Positions 1-10,620 are shown, counted from the first letter of the stretch. The stretch: DNA of 64,000 bases from an uncultured Bacilli bacterium (GCA_944350345.1 CALVOP010000002.1:68134-132133); one strand, 5' to 3'. Notes: generated by a model from the sequence alone, not told the origin. Program-made: numbers and translations.

Positions 1-173
1 AATCAAGGTGCATATTAGAAAACGAAAAATTAAAAAGTGACAAATGTGTAGTTTGTGGAAAACAAGCAAAAGAACTTGTTGTTTGGGGAATACAATATTA
101 AAATGTCAAGTAATTGGCATTTTTATTTTAAAAAACATTTAAAAGTCATATAATGAATATAAGGAGTGAAAAA

Positions 174-1484
174 ATGTATCATTTTATAGGAATAAAAGGA
201 TCTGGTATGAGTTCGTTAGCTCAAATAATGGATTCACTTGGAATAGAAGTACAAGGAAGTGACGTTAGTAAGCACTTTTTTACAGAAGAAGGCTTAATCA
301 AACGAGGAATAAAAATACTTGAATTTAGCAAAAACAATATAAAAGAAGGACTAACTATAGTTCAAGGAAATGCATATAACGAAGAAAACAATGAAGAAGT
401 TAAAAAAGCAAAAGAATTAAATTTAAAAATATTATCATACCAAGAAGCAGTCGGAGAAATAAGTAAAATGTTTAGCACAATTTGTATTGCAGGATGTCAC
501 GGAAAAACAACAACAACAGCATTGATAAGCCATGTTTTAAATGACATAGTAGGTTGCAACTATTTAATAGGAGATGGAACGGGATATGCTAGTAAAGAGA
601 ATAAGTACTTTGCGTTAGAAAGTTGTGAATATAAAAGACACTTTCTATCATACGAACCAGTTTATAGCATCATTACTAATATTGAACTAGATCATGTAGA
701 CTATTATAAAAATATAGATGATGTGATGGATGCATATCAAAGTTTCATAAACAATACACATAAATGTGCAATAGTTAATGGCGATGATGAAAACACAAGA
801 AAACTAAAATTTGATAAAAAAATTATGTACTATGGCCTAAAAGAAAATAATAACGTAATTGCTAAAAACATAGAGTATAAAGAAAATGGAACAGAATTTG
901 ATGTATACATAGATAACAAATTTATTGATAGATTTAAATTAAAATTATTTGGAGAACATATGCTTTCAAACAGTTTAGCAGTAATAACACTATGTTATTT
1001 AGAAAACATTGATCTAACAAAAGTAAAAGAAAGTTTACAAACATTTAAAGGCGCAAAAAGAAGATTTACAGAAACTATAGTTAAAGATAACGTAATAGTT
1101 GACGACTACGCACACCATCCAACAGAGGTTTTAGCAACAATCAATTCAGCAAAGCAAAAGTATCCGAACAAAAAAATTATTGCAGTTTTTGAGCCACACA
1201 CATTTTCAAGAACGATAAGATTTCATAATGAACTAATTGAAGTTTTAAAAAAATGCGATAAAGTTTACATAATGGACATATATGGTGCCAGAGAAAAACC
1301 AGAAAACTATCCAGGAATAACATATCACATAATTGCTGACAAAATTAAAAATTCAGAGAATATTAATAGGAATGAAGCATACAAATTAAAAGATTACAAA
1401 AATTCAGTAATACTATTTATGTCTCCAAACGACTTGAGCACTTTAGAAAATGAATACATAAAAATCAAAGAAAATGAACTATAA
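174..1484 (+). CDS. murC: UDP-N-acetylmuramate--L-alanine ligase
   Basis: N-terminal MYHFIGIKGSGMS Mur-ligase ATP motif and an AGCHGKTTTT P-loop. Start moved to the ATG at 174, which has an AAGGAG RBS 7 nt upstream and is in frame with the track ORF. Confidence 0.85.
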   Translation: MYHFIGIKGSGMSSLAQIMDSLGIEVQGSDVSKHFFTEEGLIKRGIKILEFSKNNIKEGLTIVQGNAYNEENNEEVKKAKELNLKILSYQEAVGEISKMFSTICIAGCHGKTTTTALISHVLNDIVGCNYLIGDGTGYASKENKYFALESCEYKRHFLSYEPVYSIITNIELDHVDYYKNIDDVMDAYQSFINNTHKCAIVNGDDENTRKLKFDKKIMYYGLKENNNVIAKNIEYKENGTEFDVYIDNKFIDRFKLKLFGEHMLSNSLAVITLCYLENIDLTKVKESLQTFKGAKRRFTETIVKDNVIVDDYAHHPTEVLATINSAKQKYPNKKIIAVFEPHTFSRTIRFHNELIEVLKKCDKVYIMDIYGAREKPENYPGITYHIIADKIKNSENINRNEAYKLKDYKNSVILFMSPNDLSTLENEYIKIKENEL

Positions 1485-1535
1485 CTAATAGTTTTTTTCT
1501 TTGTATTTAAAAATAATAGTGATAAAATAATAACT

Positions 1536-3692
1536 ATGAAATACATAAAAGGAAACGTAAGAAAAATTTTATATGAAAACGATAACGGTTATAGAGTAGG
1601 ATTATTCAAAGTAAAAGAAACAAACGATGAAAACTTAACAGAATATCTAAACAAAACAATAACATTTAATGGGGTCTTTTTACCACTTAGTAACGACATA
1701 ATTTATACATTTTATGGAAGACTAATAAACCACTCAAGATACGGGCTACAGTACCAAGTAGAAAACTATGAAATAAACGAAATCGATGACAACGAAGGAA
1801 TAATAATGTACTTGTCCAGTGGATTATTCAAAGGAATCGGGCCAAAAATCGCAAAAGGTATAGTAGACATTTTTGGAATGGACACAATTGAAGCAATAAA
1901 GAGAAAAGATAGAAAAATTTTAACAGTATCAGGTATGACTTTAAAAAAATTTGATAATTTAGTAGTTGCAATAAGTAAAAGTTCAAAAGACGAAGAAAAC
2001 ATACTAGAACTAACAAAAATAGGGTTAACTACAAAGGAAAGTTTTTTATTACTAAAAAAATACAGTGATAATATAAAAAAAATATTAGAAGAAAATATAT
2101 ATTTATTACAAAACGATATAGATTTCAAAAAACTAGACAGCATATTTTTAAAGACTGAAAGCGAATTTGATAAAAGAAGAGTAAAAGCACTAATAAAACA
2201 TTTAATAAAAATAATTTGTTATGAAACAGGAGATACAATAGTAAGTAAAGAAGATTTATACGTTAACATAAATGGATTTTTTAATGAAACATTAGACGTA
2301 AATGACTACAATTTATACTTACAAGAATTAGAAAAAGAGAACGAAATAATAACAATAAACGATGATATTGCATTGTACTACTTTTATGAAACAGAAAACA
2401 TAATAGCAAATAAAATAAAAAGTTTATCAAGTACAAAATCACATATATCAGATAAAACAATTAATGGATATATAGAAAACTACGAAGAAATAAACAACAT
2501 AAAATTAAATGACGATCAAAAAGAAGCCATAAAAGGAAGTTTAAAAAATAACTTTTACATAATCACTGGTGGACCAGGGACAGGAAAAACTACAATTATC
2601 AAAGCAGTAGTAGACATATATAACACCATAAACGAATGCAAAGAAGGGGATATCACCTTGCTCGCGCCTACCGGAAGAAGTGCTAAAAGAATGATGGAAA
2701 GCATAGGTAAAAAAGCAAGCACAATACATAAATTTTTAAAATGGAATGGAGAAACAGAAACATTTCAAGTAAATATATATAATCCAAGCATGACAAAATT
2801 CGTGATAATAGATGAAGTAAGTATGGTAGACATATTTTTAATGAAAAACCTATTTGACGGGCTATTAAATAACATCAAACTTATATTTGTGGGAGATGCA
2901 AATCAATTACCAAGCATTAGTCCAGGGAATGTATTGTACGATTTATTACAAATACCAGAAATAAAAAGAACTGAGTTAACAATGATATATAGAACAAAAA
3001 AAGATTCATACATAAATGATTTTGCAAGCGATATAAAAAATAAAATAACTAAAGAAAAATACGAGAGTTATAGTGACTTTTCATTTATAGAGTGTGATGA
3101 AATACACATAAAACAAATTATAAAAGAAATATCACTAAAAGCAATAGAAAAAGGAATAAATAAAGAAAGTTTTCAAGTTTTAGCCCCTATGTACAAAGGA
3201 GAAAATGGCATAGAATTATTAAACAAAGTAATGCAATCAATATTTAATCCAGAAAGTATAGACAAAAAAGAAATAATAATAAGAGGAGTTACATACAGAG
3301 AAGGAGACAAAGTAATACAACTAATAAACGATGTAGACAACAACATTTACAATGGAGACATAGGAATAATAGAAACAATAATTACAAACACAAAAACCAT
3401 AATGATAGTAAACTATAACGGAATAAAAGTAAAATATGACAACAAAAAATTTGAAGAAATAACACATGCTTTTGCCATTAGCATACATAAAAGTCAAGGA
3501 AGCGAATATGAAAATGTAATAATGGTAATTTCAAAAAGTTTTAAAAGAATGCTTTATAATAAACTAATATATACAGGAGTTACCAGGGCAAAAAAAAGTT
3601 TAGTAATAATTGGAAGTAAAGAATATCTAAATTATGGAATAACTAGAGATTATGCAGAAAATAGAAAGACACTTTTTACCAGATTATTTTAG
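1536..3692 (+). CDS. recD2: RecD2-like ATP-dependent DNA helicase (RecD/TraA family, YrrC-like)
   Basis: 718 aa with a GGPGTGKTT Walker A motif, a DEVSMVD Walker B motif, and a C-terminal helicase domain. Its position next to the alaS cluster matches Bacillus yrrC. Confidence 0.8.
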   Translation: MKYIKGNVRKILYENDNGYRVGLFKVKETNDENLTEYLNKTITFNGVFLPLSNDIIYTFYGRLINHSRYGLQYQVENYEINEIDDNEGIIMYLSSGLFKGIGPKIAKGIVDIFGMDTIEAIKRKDRKILTVSGMTLKKFDNLVVAISKSSKDEENILELTKIGLTTKESFLLLKKYSDNIKKILEENIYLLQNDIDFKKLDSIFLKTESEFDKRRVKALIKHLIKIICYETGDTIVSKEDLYVNINGFFNETLDVNDYNLYLQELEKENEIITINDDIALYYFYETENIIANKIKSLSSTKSHISDKTINGYIENYEEINNIKLNDDQKEAIKGSLKNNFYIITGGPGTGKTTIIKAVVDIYNTINECKEGDITLLAPTGRSAKRMMESIGKKASTIHKFLKWNGETETFQVNIYNPSMTKFVIIDEVSMVDIFLMKNLFDGLLNNIKLIFVGDANQLPSISPGNVLYDLLQIPEIKRTELTMIYRTKKDSYINDFASDIKNKITKEKYESYSDFSFIECDEIHIKQIIKEISLKAIEKGINKESFQVLAPMYKGENGIELLNKVMQSIFNPESIDKKEIIIRGVTYREGDKVIQLINDVDNNIYNGDIGIIETIITNTKTIMIVNYNGIKVKYDNKKFEEITHAFAISIHKSQGSEYENVIMVISKSFKRMLYNKLIYTGVTRAKKSLVIIGSKEYLNYGITRDYAENRKTLFTRLF

Positions 3693-3749
3693 TATAATAA
3701 AAACATTATAGTAAAAAATAATATTAGAAGTGAGGTGTTTACTATAAAA

Positions 3750-3911
3750 ATGTTAGATAGAATGCTTTGGATGGGCGCTGGACTAGGTGCAGGTATGCTC
3801 ATAAAAAAGCATGAAAAAGACATAACATCTTTTATGAAAAAAGAAAGAAATAAAATGATGAAAGTCGGAAGTGCGATGACAAGTTCATCAAAAAGTCCTT
3901 CTAAAAAATAG
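3750..3911 (+). CDS. small hypothetical protein (53 aa, Gly-rich hydrophobic N-terminus)
   Basis: Short ORF (MLDRMLWMGAGLGAGML...) absent from the 60-aa ORF track. A GAAGTGAGGTG RBS lies upstream, the region is intergenic, and the orientation matches its neighbours. Confidence 0.3.
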   Translation: MLDRMLWMGAGLGAGMLIKKHEKDITSFMKKERNKMMKVGSAMTSSSKSPSKK

Positions 3912-3991
3912 AAGGATTTTTATTTACATATTTTTGTAAAAAAGTAAGTATAATATAAAAATGTATGATAAAATATATTTAGGTGAATAAA

Positions 3992-5176
3992 ATGAAAAAC
4001 AAAATATTTGAAAAGATAAACGTAGACAAACTAAATGAAGTTTTCAAATTAAGCGGAAAAGTATTAAAAGTATTATATTTATTACTAATGATAGGCTTCT
4101 TATATATTTTAACACTAGTGGTAAAAGAATGGAGTTTAATTCCAATACTTTTAACGATTTTAAAAATAATGAGCCCATTTTTCATAGGATTTGTAATAGC
4201 ATGGTTACTTAATCCATTTTGCTGTAAACTTACTGAAAGAGGAGTACCAAGAGGAGTATCTGTAATATTAGTATTTGGATTACTAGTTATATTCTTATAT
4301 TTATTTTTACTAGCTTTAATACCAGTATTAGGGCAACAAATAAATGACATAGTTTCAGCAATACCAGGAATACTTACAGACGTAAAAGTTCATATAGATT
4401 CATTTTTTGAAAGATTAAGTGATACATCATTACTAGATTTAAATAGTATAAAAAACGAAATATATTTAACAGTAGAAACTTTTGCTAAAAATTTAACTAC
4501 TTCACTACCTACAGTAGTTATGAATTTTGTAAGTGGCTTATTCAGTGGACTTGGAACAATACTAATTGGATTTGTGATAGGATTCTATTTATTATTTAAC
4601 TTTAATAATGTAACTGATCATTTACTAAATCTTCTACCTAGAAAAGGAAGAAAAGAAGGCGCATATATAATAAATGAAGTTTCAATTGTAATGCACAAAT
4701 TTGTAAATGGAACATTATTAATAAGCTTAATACTATTTATTGTTTCAATAATAGGATTCTCAATAATAGGTTTAAATGCACCAGTATTATTTGCCTTTTT
4801 CTGTGCAATTACTAACTTAATTCCTTATATTGGGCCTTACATAGGTGGTGCACCAGCGGTATTAGTCGGATTAAGTCAAAGTCCACTTATTGGAATTTTA
4901 GTTTTAATTTTTATAGTTATTGTACAAGGCCTTGAGTCAACGTTCTTACATCCTATAGTAATAGGAAAGAAAATGGATTTGCACCCAGTTACGATAGTAA
5001 TCTCATTGTTGATATTTGGATATTTCTTTGGTATAATTGGAATGATTGTTGCAACACCAATAGTCGCAATATTAAAAATAATATATATATTCTTAGATAC
5101 AAAATATGATTTCTTTGGATATACAAAAAATAAAAGCGTTAAAAAGGAAATAAGTAAAATTGAGAATACTATATAG
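3992..5176 (+). CDS. AI-2E family transporter (UPF0118/PerM-like, YrrI-like)
   Basis: Multi-TM protein with the C-terminal conserved block typical of the family (GKKMDLHPVTIVISLL...ATPIVAILK). Start moved to the ATG at 3992 after an AGGTGA RBS; the track used an upstream GTG. Confidence 0.75.
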   Translation: MKNKIFEKINVDKLNEVFKLSGKVLKVLYLLLMIGFLYILTLVVKEWSLIPILLTILKIMSPFFIGFVIAWLLNPFCCKLTERGVPRGVSVILVFGLLVIFLYLFLLALIPVLGQQINDIVSAIPGILTDVKVHIDSFFERLSDTSLLDLNSIKNEIYLTVETFAKNLTTSLPTVVMNFVSGLFSGLGTILIGFVIGFYLLFNFNNVTDHLLNLLPRKGRKEGAYIINEVSIVMHKFVNGTLLISLILFIVSIIGFSIIGLNAPVLFAFFCAITNLIPYIGPYIGGAPAVLVGLSQSPLIGILVLIFIVIVQGLESTFLHPIVIGKKMDLHPVTIVISLLIFGYFFGIIGMIVATPIVAILKIIYIFLDTKYDFFGYTKNKSVKKEISKIENTI

Positions 5177-5338
5177 AGAGAACTTGGCTGGTGAAAAAGT
5201 TTTAGTACAGATTTGAAAGCTATTCCTTTAAGCAGGAAATATTTCCCGGTTAAAAGCCGTTATAAAAATTAAGTAAAACTAAGGATGGTACCGTGCTAAC
5301 GCACTCCTTGTACTGTCCTTTTATTTTTGGAGGAAAAA
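5177..5338 (+). promoter_or_regulatory. T-box riboswitch leader, predicted Ala (GCU) specifier, with terminator/antiterminator
   Basis: Conserved T-box sequence AAGGATGGTACCGTG at 5281-5295. A terminator helix (AAGGAtgGTAC / GTACtgTCCTT) is followed by a U-run, and GCT-A at 5219-5222 is the specifier candidate. The element lies directly upstream of the operon ending in alaS. Confidence 0.7.
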
Positions 5339-5905
5339 ATGGAATTAAAAGAAACAAAACCAATAATTTATTTAATAAGTGGAAAAGCTAGATATGGCAA
5401 AGACACAACAGCTAGTTTCATAAAAGAATATTACGAAAATAATGGAAAAAAAGTAATTAATTTACAATTTTCAAGTTACATAAAAGAGTATGCTAAAAAA
5501 ATAACTGGATGGGACGGAAGTGAAGAAACAAAGCCTAGAGAACTTTTACAAATATTAGGTACAGAAGTAATAAGAAATAAAATAGATGACGAGTTTTTTA
5601 TAAAAAAGATAATTGATGACATAAAAGTATACAGTTATTTCTTTGATATTATTACAATTAGTGATGTAAGAGCAAAAAAAGAAATTATTAACGTAACAAA
5701 TGCATTTGATAAAGCATTTAGCATAAACATAAATAGGCCTAATTTTGATAATGGATTATCAGAAGAACAAAAAAATCATTTTACTGAGATAGATTTAGAT
5801 GATTATGACAAATTTGATTACAAAATATCAAATGATGGAGACTTGAATGATTTAAAAAATAAAATATATGAAATGATTGGTGAGATAGATGAAAAATTTA
5901 ACTAG
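5339..5905 (+). CDS. P-loop kinase, deoxynucleoside-monophosphate-kinase-like
   Basis: The LISGKARYGKDTTASFI motif resembles the T4 gp1 dNMP kinase N-terminus (FLSGVKRSGKDTTADFI). The ATG at 5339 follows a GGAGG RBS. The gene overlaps the alaS start by 17 nt, so it is co-transcribed. Confidence 0.5.
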   Translation: MELKETKPIIYLISGKARYGKDTTASFIKEYYENNGKKVINLQFSSYIKEYAKKITGWDGSEETKPRELLQILGTEVIRNKIDDEFFIKKIIDDIKVYSYFFDIITISDVRAKKEIINVTNAFDKAFSININRPNFDNGLSEEQKNHFTEIDLDDYDKFDYKISNDGDLNDLKNKIYEMIGEIDEKFN

Positions 5906-7664
5906 AAGAGAATTAATAGACAAATACTTAAAATTTTTTGAAGAAAAAGGGCACAAAATAATTCCAAGTGCCAGTCTAATACCAGAAAATGACCCAACAG
6001 TTTTATTTACAACTGCCGGCATGCACCCATTAGTTCCATACCTTTTAGGAACACCGCATCCAATGGGAAAAAGATTAGTTGACGTTCAAAAATGCATGAG
6101 AACAAGTGACATTGATAGTGTAGGAGACGACACACACTGCACATTCTTTGAAATGTTAGGAAACTGGTCTTTAGGAGATTACTTTAAAGATGAAGCGATT
6201 AAGTGGTCATTTGAATTTTTAACTAATGATAAGTATTTGGCAATTCCATTAGACAAACTTGCATTTAGTGTATTTGAAGGAAATGAAAACGCACCTAGAG
6301 ATAATTATAGTGCAGAAGTATGGAGTAAATTAGGTGTCAAAAAAGAAAACATATACTTTTTAAGCAAGGAACACAACTGGTGGGAACTTGGAAGTGGGGA
6401 AGGACCATGCGGACCAGATACAGAAATGTTTATTAAAATAAAAGAATGCAATAACCCTAATTGTAATCCATCAGATAACTGTGGATGTATGGTTGAAATT
6501 TGGAATGACGTATTTATGGAATATTTAGCAAAAGATGGAAAATATTTGCCACTTGAACACAAAAATGTGGACACCGGGTTAGGTGTTGAAAGAGTCTTAA
6601 TGACACTAAACAATTTATCAAGTGTATATGACATAGAAGTATATAAACTAGCTAGAGAAAAAATAGAAGAACTTACAAATACATTATATGAAGACTATAA
6701 AAAAGAATACAGAATAGTATTAGACCACATAAGAACTGCCACATTTGTACTTGCAGATGACATAAAACTAACGCCATCAAACACAGGTAGAGGTTATGTA
6801 CTTAGAAGACTTCTTAGACGCGCAATAAGATACATCAAAAAAATAACTGATAAAGAAGATATACTAAAAGCAGTTAGTAAGGTATACATTGATTATTATA
6901 AAAACGACTATGAAGAGTTAGGAAGAAATAGTGATTATATTCTAAATGAAATAGATAAAGAGACTAATAGATTTAACAAAACAATAGCTTCTGGAATGAA
7001 AATGTTTCAAAAAACAGAACAAAACTCAAATGGAACAATAGATGGAGAACATGCATTCAAATTATTTGATACATTTGGTTTTCCACTAGAATTCACACTA
7101 GAATTAGCAAAAGAAAAAGGTTTAGAAGTAGACGTAAAAGGTTTTGAAGAAAAAATGAAAGAACACCAAGAATTATCTAGAACAGCATCAAAAGGAGAAT
7201 TCAAAGGTGGACTAGCAGATACATCATATGAAAGCACAAAATATCACACATTAGCTCACATAATGTTAGCAGAATTAAAGAAAATGTTTGGCGAAGAAGT
7301 AATACAAAAAGGACAAAACATAACGCCAGAAAGACTAAGATTTGATTTTCCATTAGATCATAAAATGACAGAAGAAGAAAAAGAAGAATTAACTAACAGA
7401 GTAAATAACGTAATTGCAAAAGGAATAGATGTAACTAGAGAAGAAATGACTTATGACGAAGCAAAGAAAGCTGGAGCTGAAGGAATATTTACAGACAAAT
7501 ATGGAAACACAGTAAGTGTCTATACAATTGGTGATGTTTCAAAAGAGATATGTGGTGGGCCACATGTAAAAAACACAAAAGAATTAGGAACATTCAAAAT
7601 CATAAAAGAAGAAAGTAGTGCAGCAGGAATTAGAAGACTTAAGGTAATATTAGAAGATAAATAA
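5889..7664 (+). CDS. alaS: alanine--tRNA ligase (short form, catalytic plus editing domains, no C-Ala domain)
   Basis: Class II AlaRS N-terminus (FTTAGMHPLVPYLLG), editing-domain motifs (HTLAHIM and CGGPHV) and a T-box upstream. It is 591 aa, versus about 870 aa for typical bacterial AlaRS. Confidence 0.85.
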   Translation: MKNLTRRELIDKYLKFFEEKGHKIIPSASLIPENDPTVLFTTAGMHPLVPYLLGTPHPMGKRLVDVQKCMRTSDIDSVGDDTHCTFFEMLGNWSLGDYFKDEAIKWSFEFLTNDKYLAIPLDKLAFSVFEGNENAPRDNYSAEVWSKLGVKKENIYFLSKEHNWWELGSGEGPCGPDTEMFIKIKECNNPNCNPSDNCGCMVEIWNDVFMEYLAKDGKYLPLEHKNVDTGLGVERVLMTLNNLSSVYDIEVYKLAREKIEELTNTLYEDYKKEYRIVLDHIRTATFVLADDIKLTPSNTGRGYVLRRLLRRAIRYIKKITDKEDILKAVSKVYIDYYKNDYEELGRNSDYILNEIDKETNRFNKTIASGMKMFQKTEQNSNGTIDGEHAFKLFDTFGFPLEFTLELAKEKGLEVDVKGFEEKMKEHQELSRTASKGEFKGGLADTSYESTKYHTLAHIMLAELKKMFGEEVIQKGQNITPERLRFDFPLDHKMTEEEKEELTNRVNNVIAKGIDVTREEMTYDEAKKAGAEGIFTDKYGNTVSVYTIGDVSKEICGGPHVKNTKELGTFKIIKEESSAAGIRRLKVILEDK

Positions 7665-7667
7665 AAA

Positions 7668-7697
7668 GCACATCAATCATGATGTGTTTTATCTTGC
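7668..7697. terminator. putative bidirectional terminator hairpin between convergent alaS and srtB
   Basis: CACATCA-atca-TGATGTG stem-loop followed by TTTTAT. It overlaps the last codons of the minus-strand sortase gene. Confidence 0.35.
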
Positions 7698-8551
7698 CTT
7701 GCTTCTCTTTTGATTAACTTAGCATGTACAACTAGCTTTTCATTATTGGCATAACAAGTAGATAAAGTAAGTATTTTATCATTAGTGCTAACAGAAGTTC
7801 CAAAGTTATGTGCAGTTCTATTATAAATCAATTTAAGAAAATCACTGTATTCACTATCGCTACTAAAATTTACTTTTAAGTAATCACTTGTAGTAGGTAA
7901 ATGGTAAACACTAAAAACTTGCCACATTGTATTTTCATAAGGAGTAGAGAGTTTAATTACATAATTACTTGTATCATCAAGCCATCCACTTTTTAAAATA
8001 TTTTTTAAACTACCAAACATGGTTCTGTCTAGCCTACTATGGCCATATAAAATAGTGTTTTTATCAAAAGTCTCAGAATCATTTCTATAATCCATAAATA
8101 CCCATCCAGCCGAATTCCAACTTTTATCAAAGGCATGAGTTAAATAATAATCATTATCACTAGTTTGAACAATCGGGTAATTGATATTAGTTCCATTTAC
8201 TTGAATCCAACCAACAGAATCCTTGTTTTTTGATAAGAGTTCATTAAAGTCTACATTAATTAAGTTCATTTTAATATAATCCCAGTATGGATCAAATTCA
8301 TCTACTTCATTTTGATTAATAATCTCAGTATTTAAATTATCTGGAACAACAGTTATATTGGTTTTATCGATTAAATCATCAACTTGACTACTTATTTTTT
8401 TATTATCTCTATACCAAGAAATTCCTTCATTTATAGAAATAATTAATAGTGAAATACACAAAAACATGAAAGAAATCAAAAGAACATTCTTCCATTTTAT
8501 TTTAGTTAAACTAATTGATTTTTTAGATTTTTTTTTCTTAACTTTCTCCAT
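7673..8551 (-). CDS. srtB: class B sortase
   Basis: N-terminal TM anchor; GWIQVNGTNINYPIVQ, FMDYRN, ILYGHS and TLSTCY motifs with a downstream Arg, matching the SrtB family pattern. Confidence 0.7.
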   Translation of the reverse strand: MEKVKKKKSKKSISLTKIKWKNVLLISFMFLCISLLIISINEGISWYRDNKKISSQVDDLIDKTNITVVPDNLNTEIINQNEVDEFDPYWDYIKMNLINVDFNELLSKNKDSVGWIQVNGTNINYPIVQTSDNDYYLTHAFDKSWNSAGWVFMDYRNDSETFDKNTILYGHSRLDRTMFGSLKNILKSGWLDDTSNYVIKLSTPYENTMWQVFSVYHLPTTSDYLKVNFSSDSEYSDFLKLIYNRTAHNFGTSVSTNDKILTLSTCYANNEKLVVHAKLIKREARQDKTHHD

Positions 8552-8627
8552 TATTTAATTATAATATAAAATGTTTTTTTTGTACACAGCGAACTAAAAA
8601 AATCTAGATTAACTAGATTTTTAAATA

Positions 8628-9329
8628 TCATTTATATAAAATTTCTCGTATGGGTTTATCTTTATGATTTAAATAAAATTTATGATCAAACAAATAAAAT
8701 TTTAATTCTTTCGCACTCACAAATTCTTTTCCTCTTAATTCCTTAATATACTCTTTACTAAAAGCCTTTTTTGAGTAATCGCTAAGAACAAGTAACTGCA
8801 TACCTATTATTATTCCTGCAAGAACATATAAAGTTATAGAATCGTAAGTTACAAATATACCTCGTAAAGTCACTGGTAATAAATCTATGTAAAGCGGAGA
8901 AGCAAGTAAAACAAAACTCAATATAATAGTTGCTGCGAGCAAAACAGTTTTTCTCTTACCAAGTTTACTAGATTGAACGTTTTTATTATCCCTATAAGCA
9001 ATAGTGTTAACAACAATAATTGCAAGTTCAAGAAGTAATGGCACAATCATTATTACTCTTATATAAGAAAGAATGCTCAAACTTACAATGCTAAATAATT
9101 TATCACACATTCCATCTAATAAACTTCCAAAAAATGTTTCAACTTTCCAATGCCTAGCAAGTCTTCCGTCAATCGCATCCGTTGAAAAAATAACTAAAAC
9201 CCATATTGAAACAACAACTGGTCCTTTGTAATAATAAATAAAAGGCAAAATTACTGAACCAATCAACCTTACAGAAGTCAAAAGATTGACTATAATTAGT
9301 TTTAAATAATAAATTTTACTATCTTTCAT
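8628..9329 (-). CDS. CDP-alcohol phosphatidyltransferase family protein
   Basis: DG-x2-AR-x8-G-x3-D-x3-D motif (DGRLARHWKVETFFGSLLDGMCDKL) in a multi-TM protein. Confidence 0.65.
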   Translation of the reverse strand: MKDSKIYYLKLIIVNLLTSVRLIGSVILPFIYYYKGPVVVSIWVLVIFSTDAIDGRLARHWKVETFFGSLLDGMCDKLFSIVSLSILSYIRVIMIVPLLLELAIIVVNTIAYRDNKNVQSSKLGKRKTVLLAATIILSFVLLASPLYIDLLPVTLRGIFVTYDSITLYVLAGIIIGMQLLVLSDYSKKAFSKEYIKELRGKEFVSAKELKFYLFDHKFYLNHKDKPIREILYK

Positions 9330-9363
9330 ATAAAGCCCTCACTAGTATTATATTAAAAACAAT

Positions 9364-10620
9364 TTAAAAAGGCAAATTATAATTATTAAAAGACCTATAA
9401 ATATTTCCTGGTACCATTTCGATTTTTTTACTTTCAGCTAACTCACTTACACTGACAACATCATATCCCATTTCTTGAAGGGCAGGTATACTCATCTTTA
9501 CGGCTTCCAAGGTTTCCTTATAGATATCATGCATTAAAACAATACATCCATCACAAGCATGTGAGATAATATGATTATAAGTATGTTCAACATTTCTATA
9601 AAGCCAATCTTCAGTATCAATATTCCATTTAATTATTATAAAAGGAATTTTTCCCTTAGTAGAAGAACTAATATTCCCATAAGGAGGTCTAAAAAGTTCA
9701 ATATTTTTACCAGTTATTTCATTAAAAATAATAGTGGTAGAATTTATTTCCTCCTGTAATTCCGCTTCAGTTATTTTTTCTAAATTCTTATGACTATACG
9801 AATGACTACCGACTTCCATACCATTATTTATAACATATAATACAGTTTCTTGATTATATTTCATTCTATTACCTAACATAAAAAACGTAGCGGTTGAATC
9901 ATTTAACTTTAAAGTGTCTACTAAATCTTTAGTATAATTTCCTGGACCATCATCAAATGTAAAAGCAATTTTGTATTTTCTCTTAGTAGATGTATCAATC
10001 AAAGCATCATTATCATAATTTAAATACAACTCTGGAACATAAGGAGTATCAAATAAATCAGAATTAAAATAAATATGAATGCCGTTTTCAGTAAATTTGA
10101 AATTATAATCTTCATAAGAAAGAGATTTAATAATGTCAACAACATTCTTACTATATTTTTTAGAAAGCAGAGTAATTATATTACCATAATCTAACTCATA
10201 TTCACTCATTGCCGCCGCATCATCATTTACCAAATTATAATTAAAACTTTTATAATACAAAGTATCATTTAAAGAATTATCAATAGTAAAAAAAATATTA
10301 AGAATCTCATCATTAAAATACACTTCATAATTAATATTTAAGCTCTTATGTTCATCATCCTTTATAAAATCATTAATATAGTCATATACAAAATCTTTCA
10401 TTTCTTTTGTAATGCTGTTACTATTAAATTTAGGATAATATGCTTCAACAACATAATCATTTTTATTTATATTTATACTACGTTTCTCAATATCATGCAA
10501 GTTGAGAACAAAAGGCTCATCATTAACATTTGATTTTTCCATGTTAGATATTAAAAAAAGTGAAATATATAATAAACATAAACAAATAATATATTTAATA
10601 ATATAACTATAATTATTCAT
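9364..10620 (-). CDS. polysaccharide deacetylase (NodB homology domain) with N-terminal uncharacterized domain
   Basis: NodB motifs FTFDDGP, HSYSH and LMHD; N-terminal signal/TM segment. Confidence 0.7.
   Translation of the reverse strand: MNNYSYIIKYIICLCLLYISLFLISNMEKSNVNDEPFVLNLHDIEKRSININKNDYVVEAYYPKFNSNSITKEMKDFVYDYINDFIKDDEHKSLNINYEVYFNDEILNIFFTIDNSLNDTLYYKSFNYNLVNDDAAAMSEYELDYGNIITLLSKKYSKNVVDIIKSLSYEDYNFKFTENGIHIYFNSDLFDTPYVPELYLNYDNDALIDTSTKRKYKIAFTFDDGPGNYTKDLVDTLKLNDSTATFFMLGNRMKYNQETVLYVINNGMEVGSHSYSHKNLEKITEAELQEEINSTTIIFNEITGKNIELFRPPYGNISSSTKGKIPFIIIKWNIDTEDWLYRNVEHTYNHIISHACDGCIVLMHDIYKETLEAVKMSIPALQEMGYDVVSVSELAESKKIEMVPGNIYRSFNNYNLPF

Noticed and set aside
1766-2143. Antisense ORFs inside annotated genes (e.g. 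1766-2143, 1828-2016, 2541-2729, 6305-6634, 19488-19916, 25439-26044, 27612-28174 and similar).
   Set aside because: They overlap strong sense-strand genes with clear homology. Their Leu/Ile/Phe/Ser-rich low-complexity translations are typical of AT-rich antisense frames.
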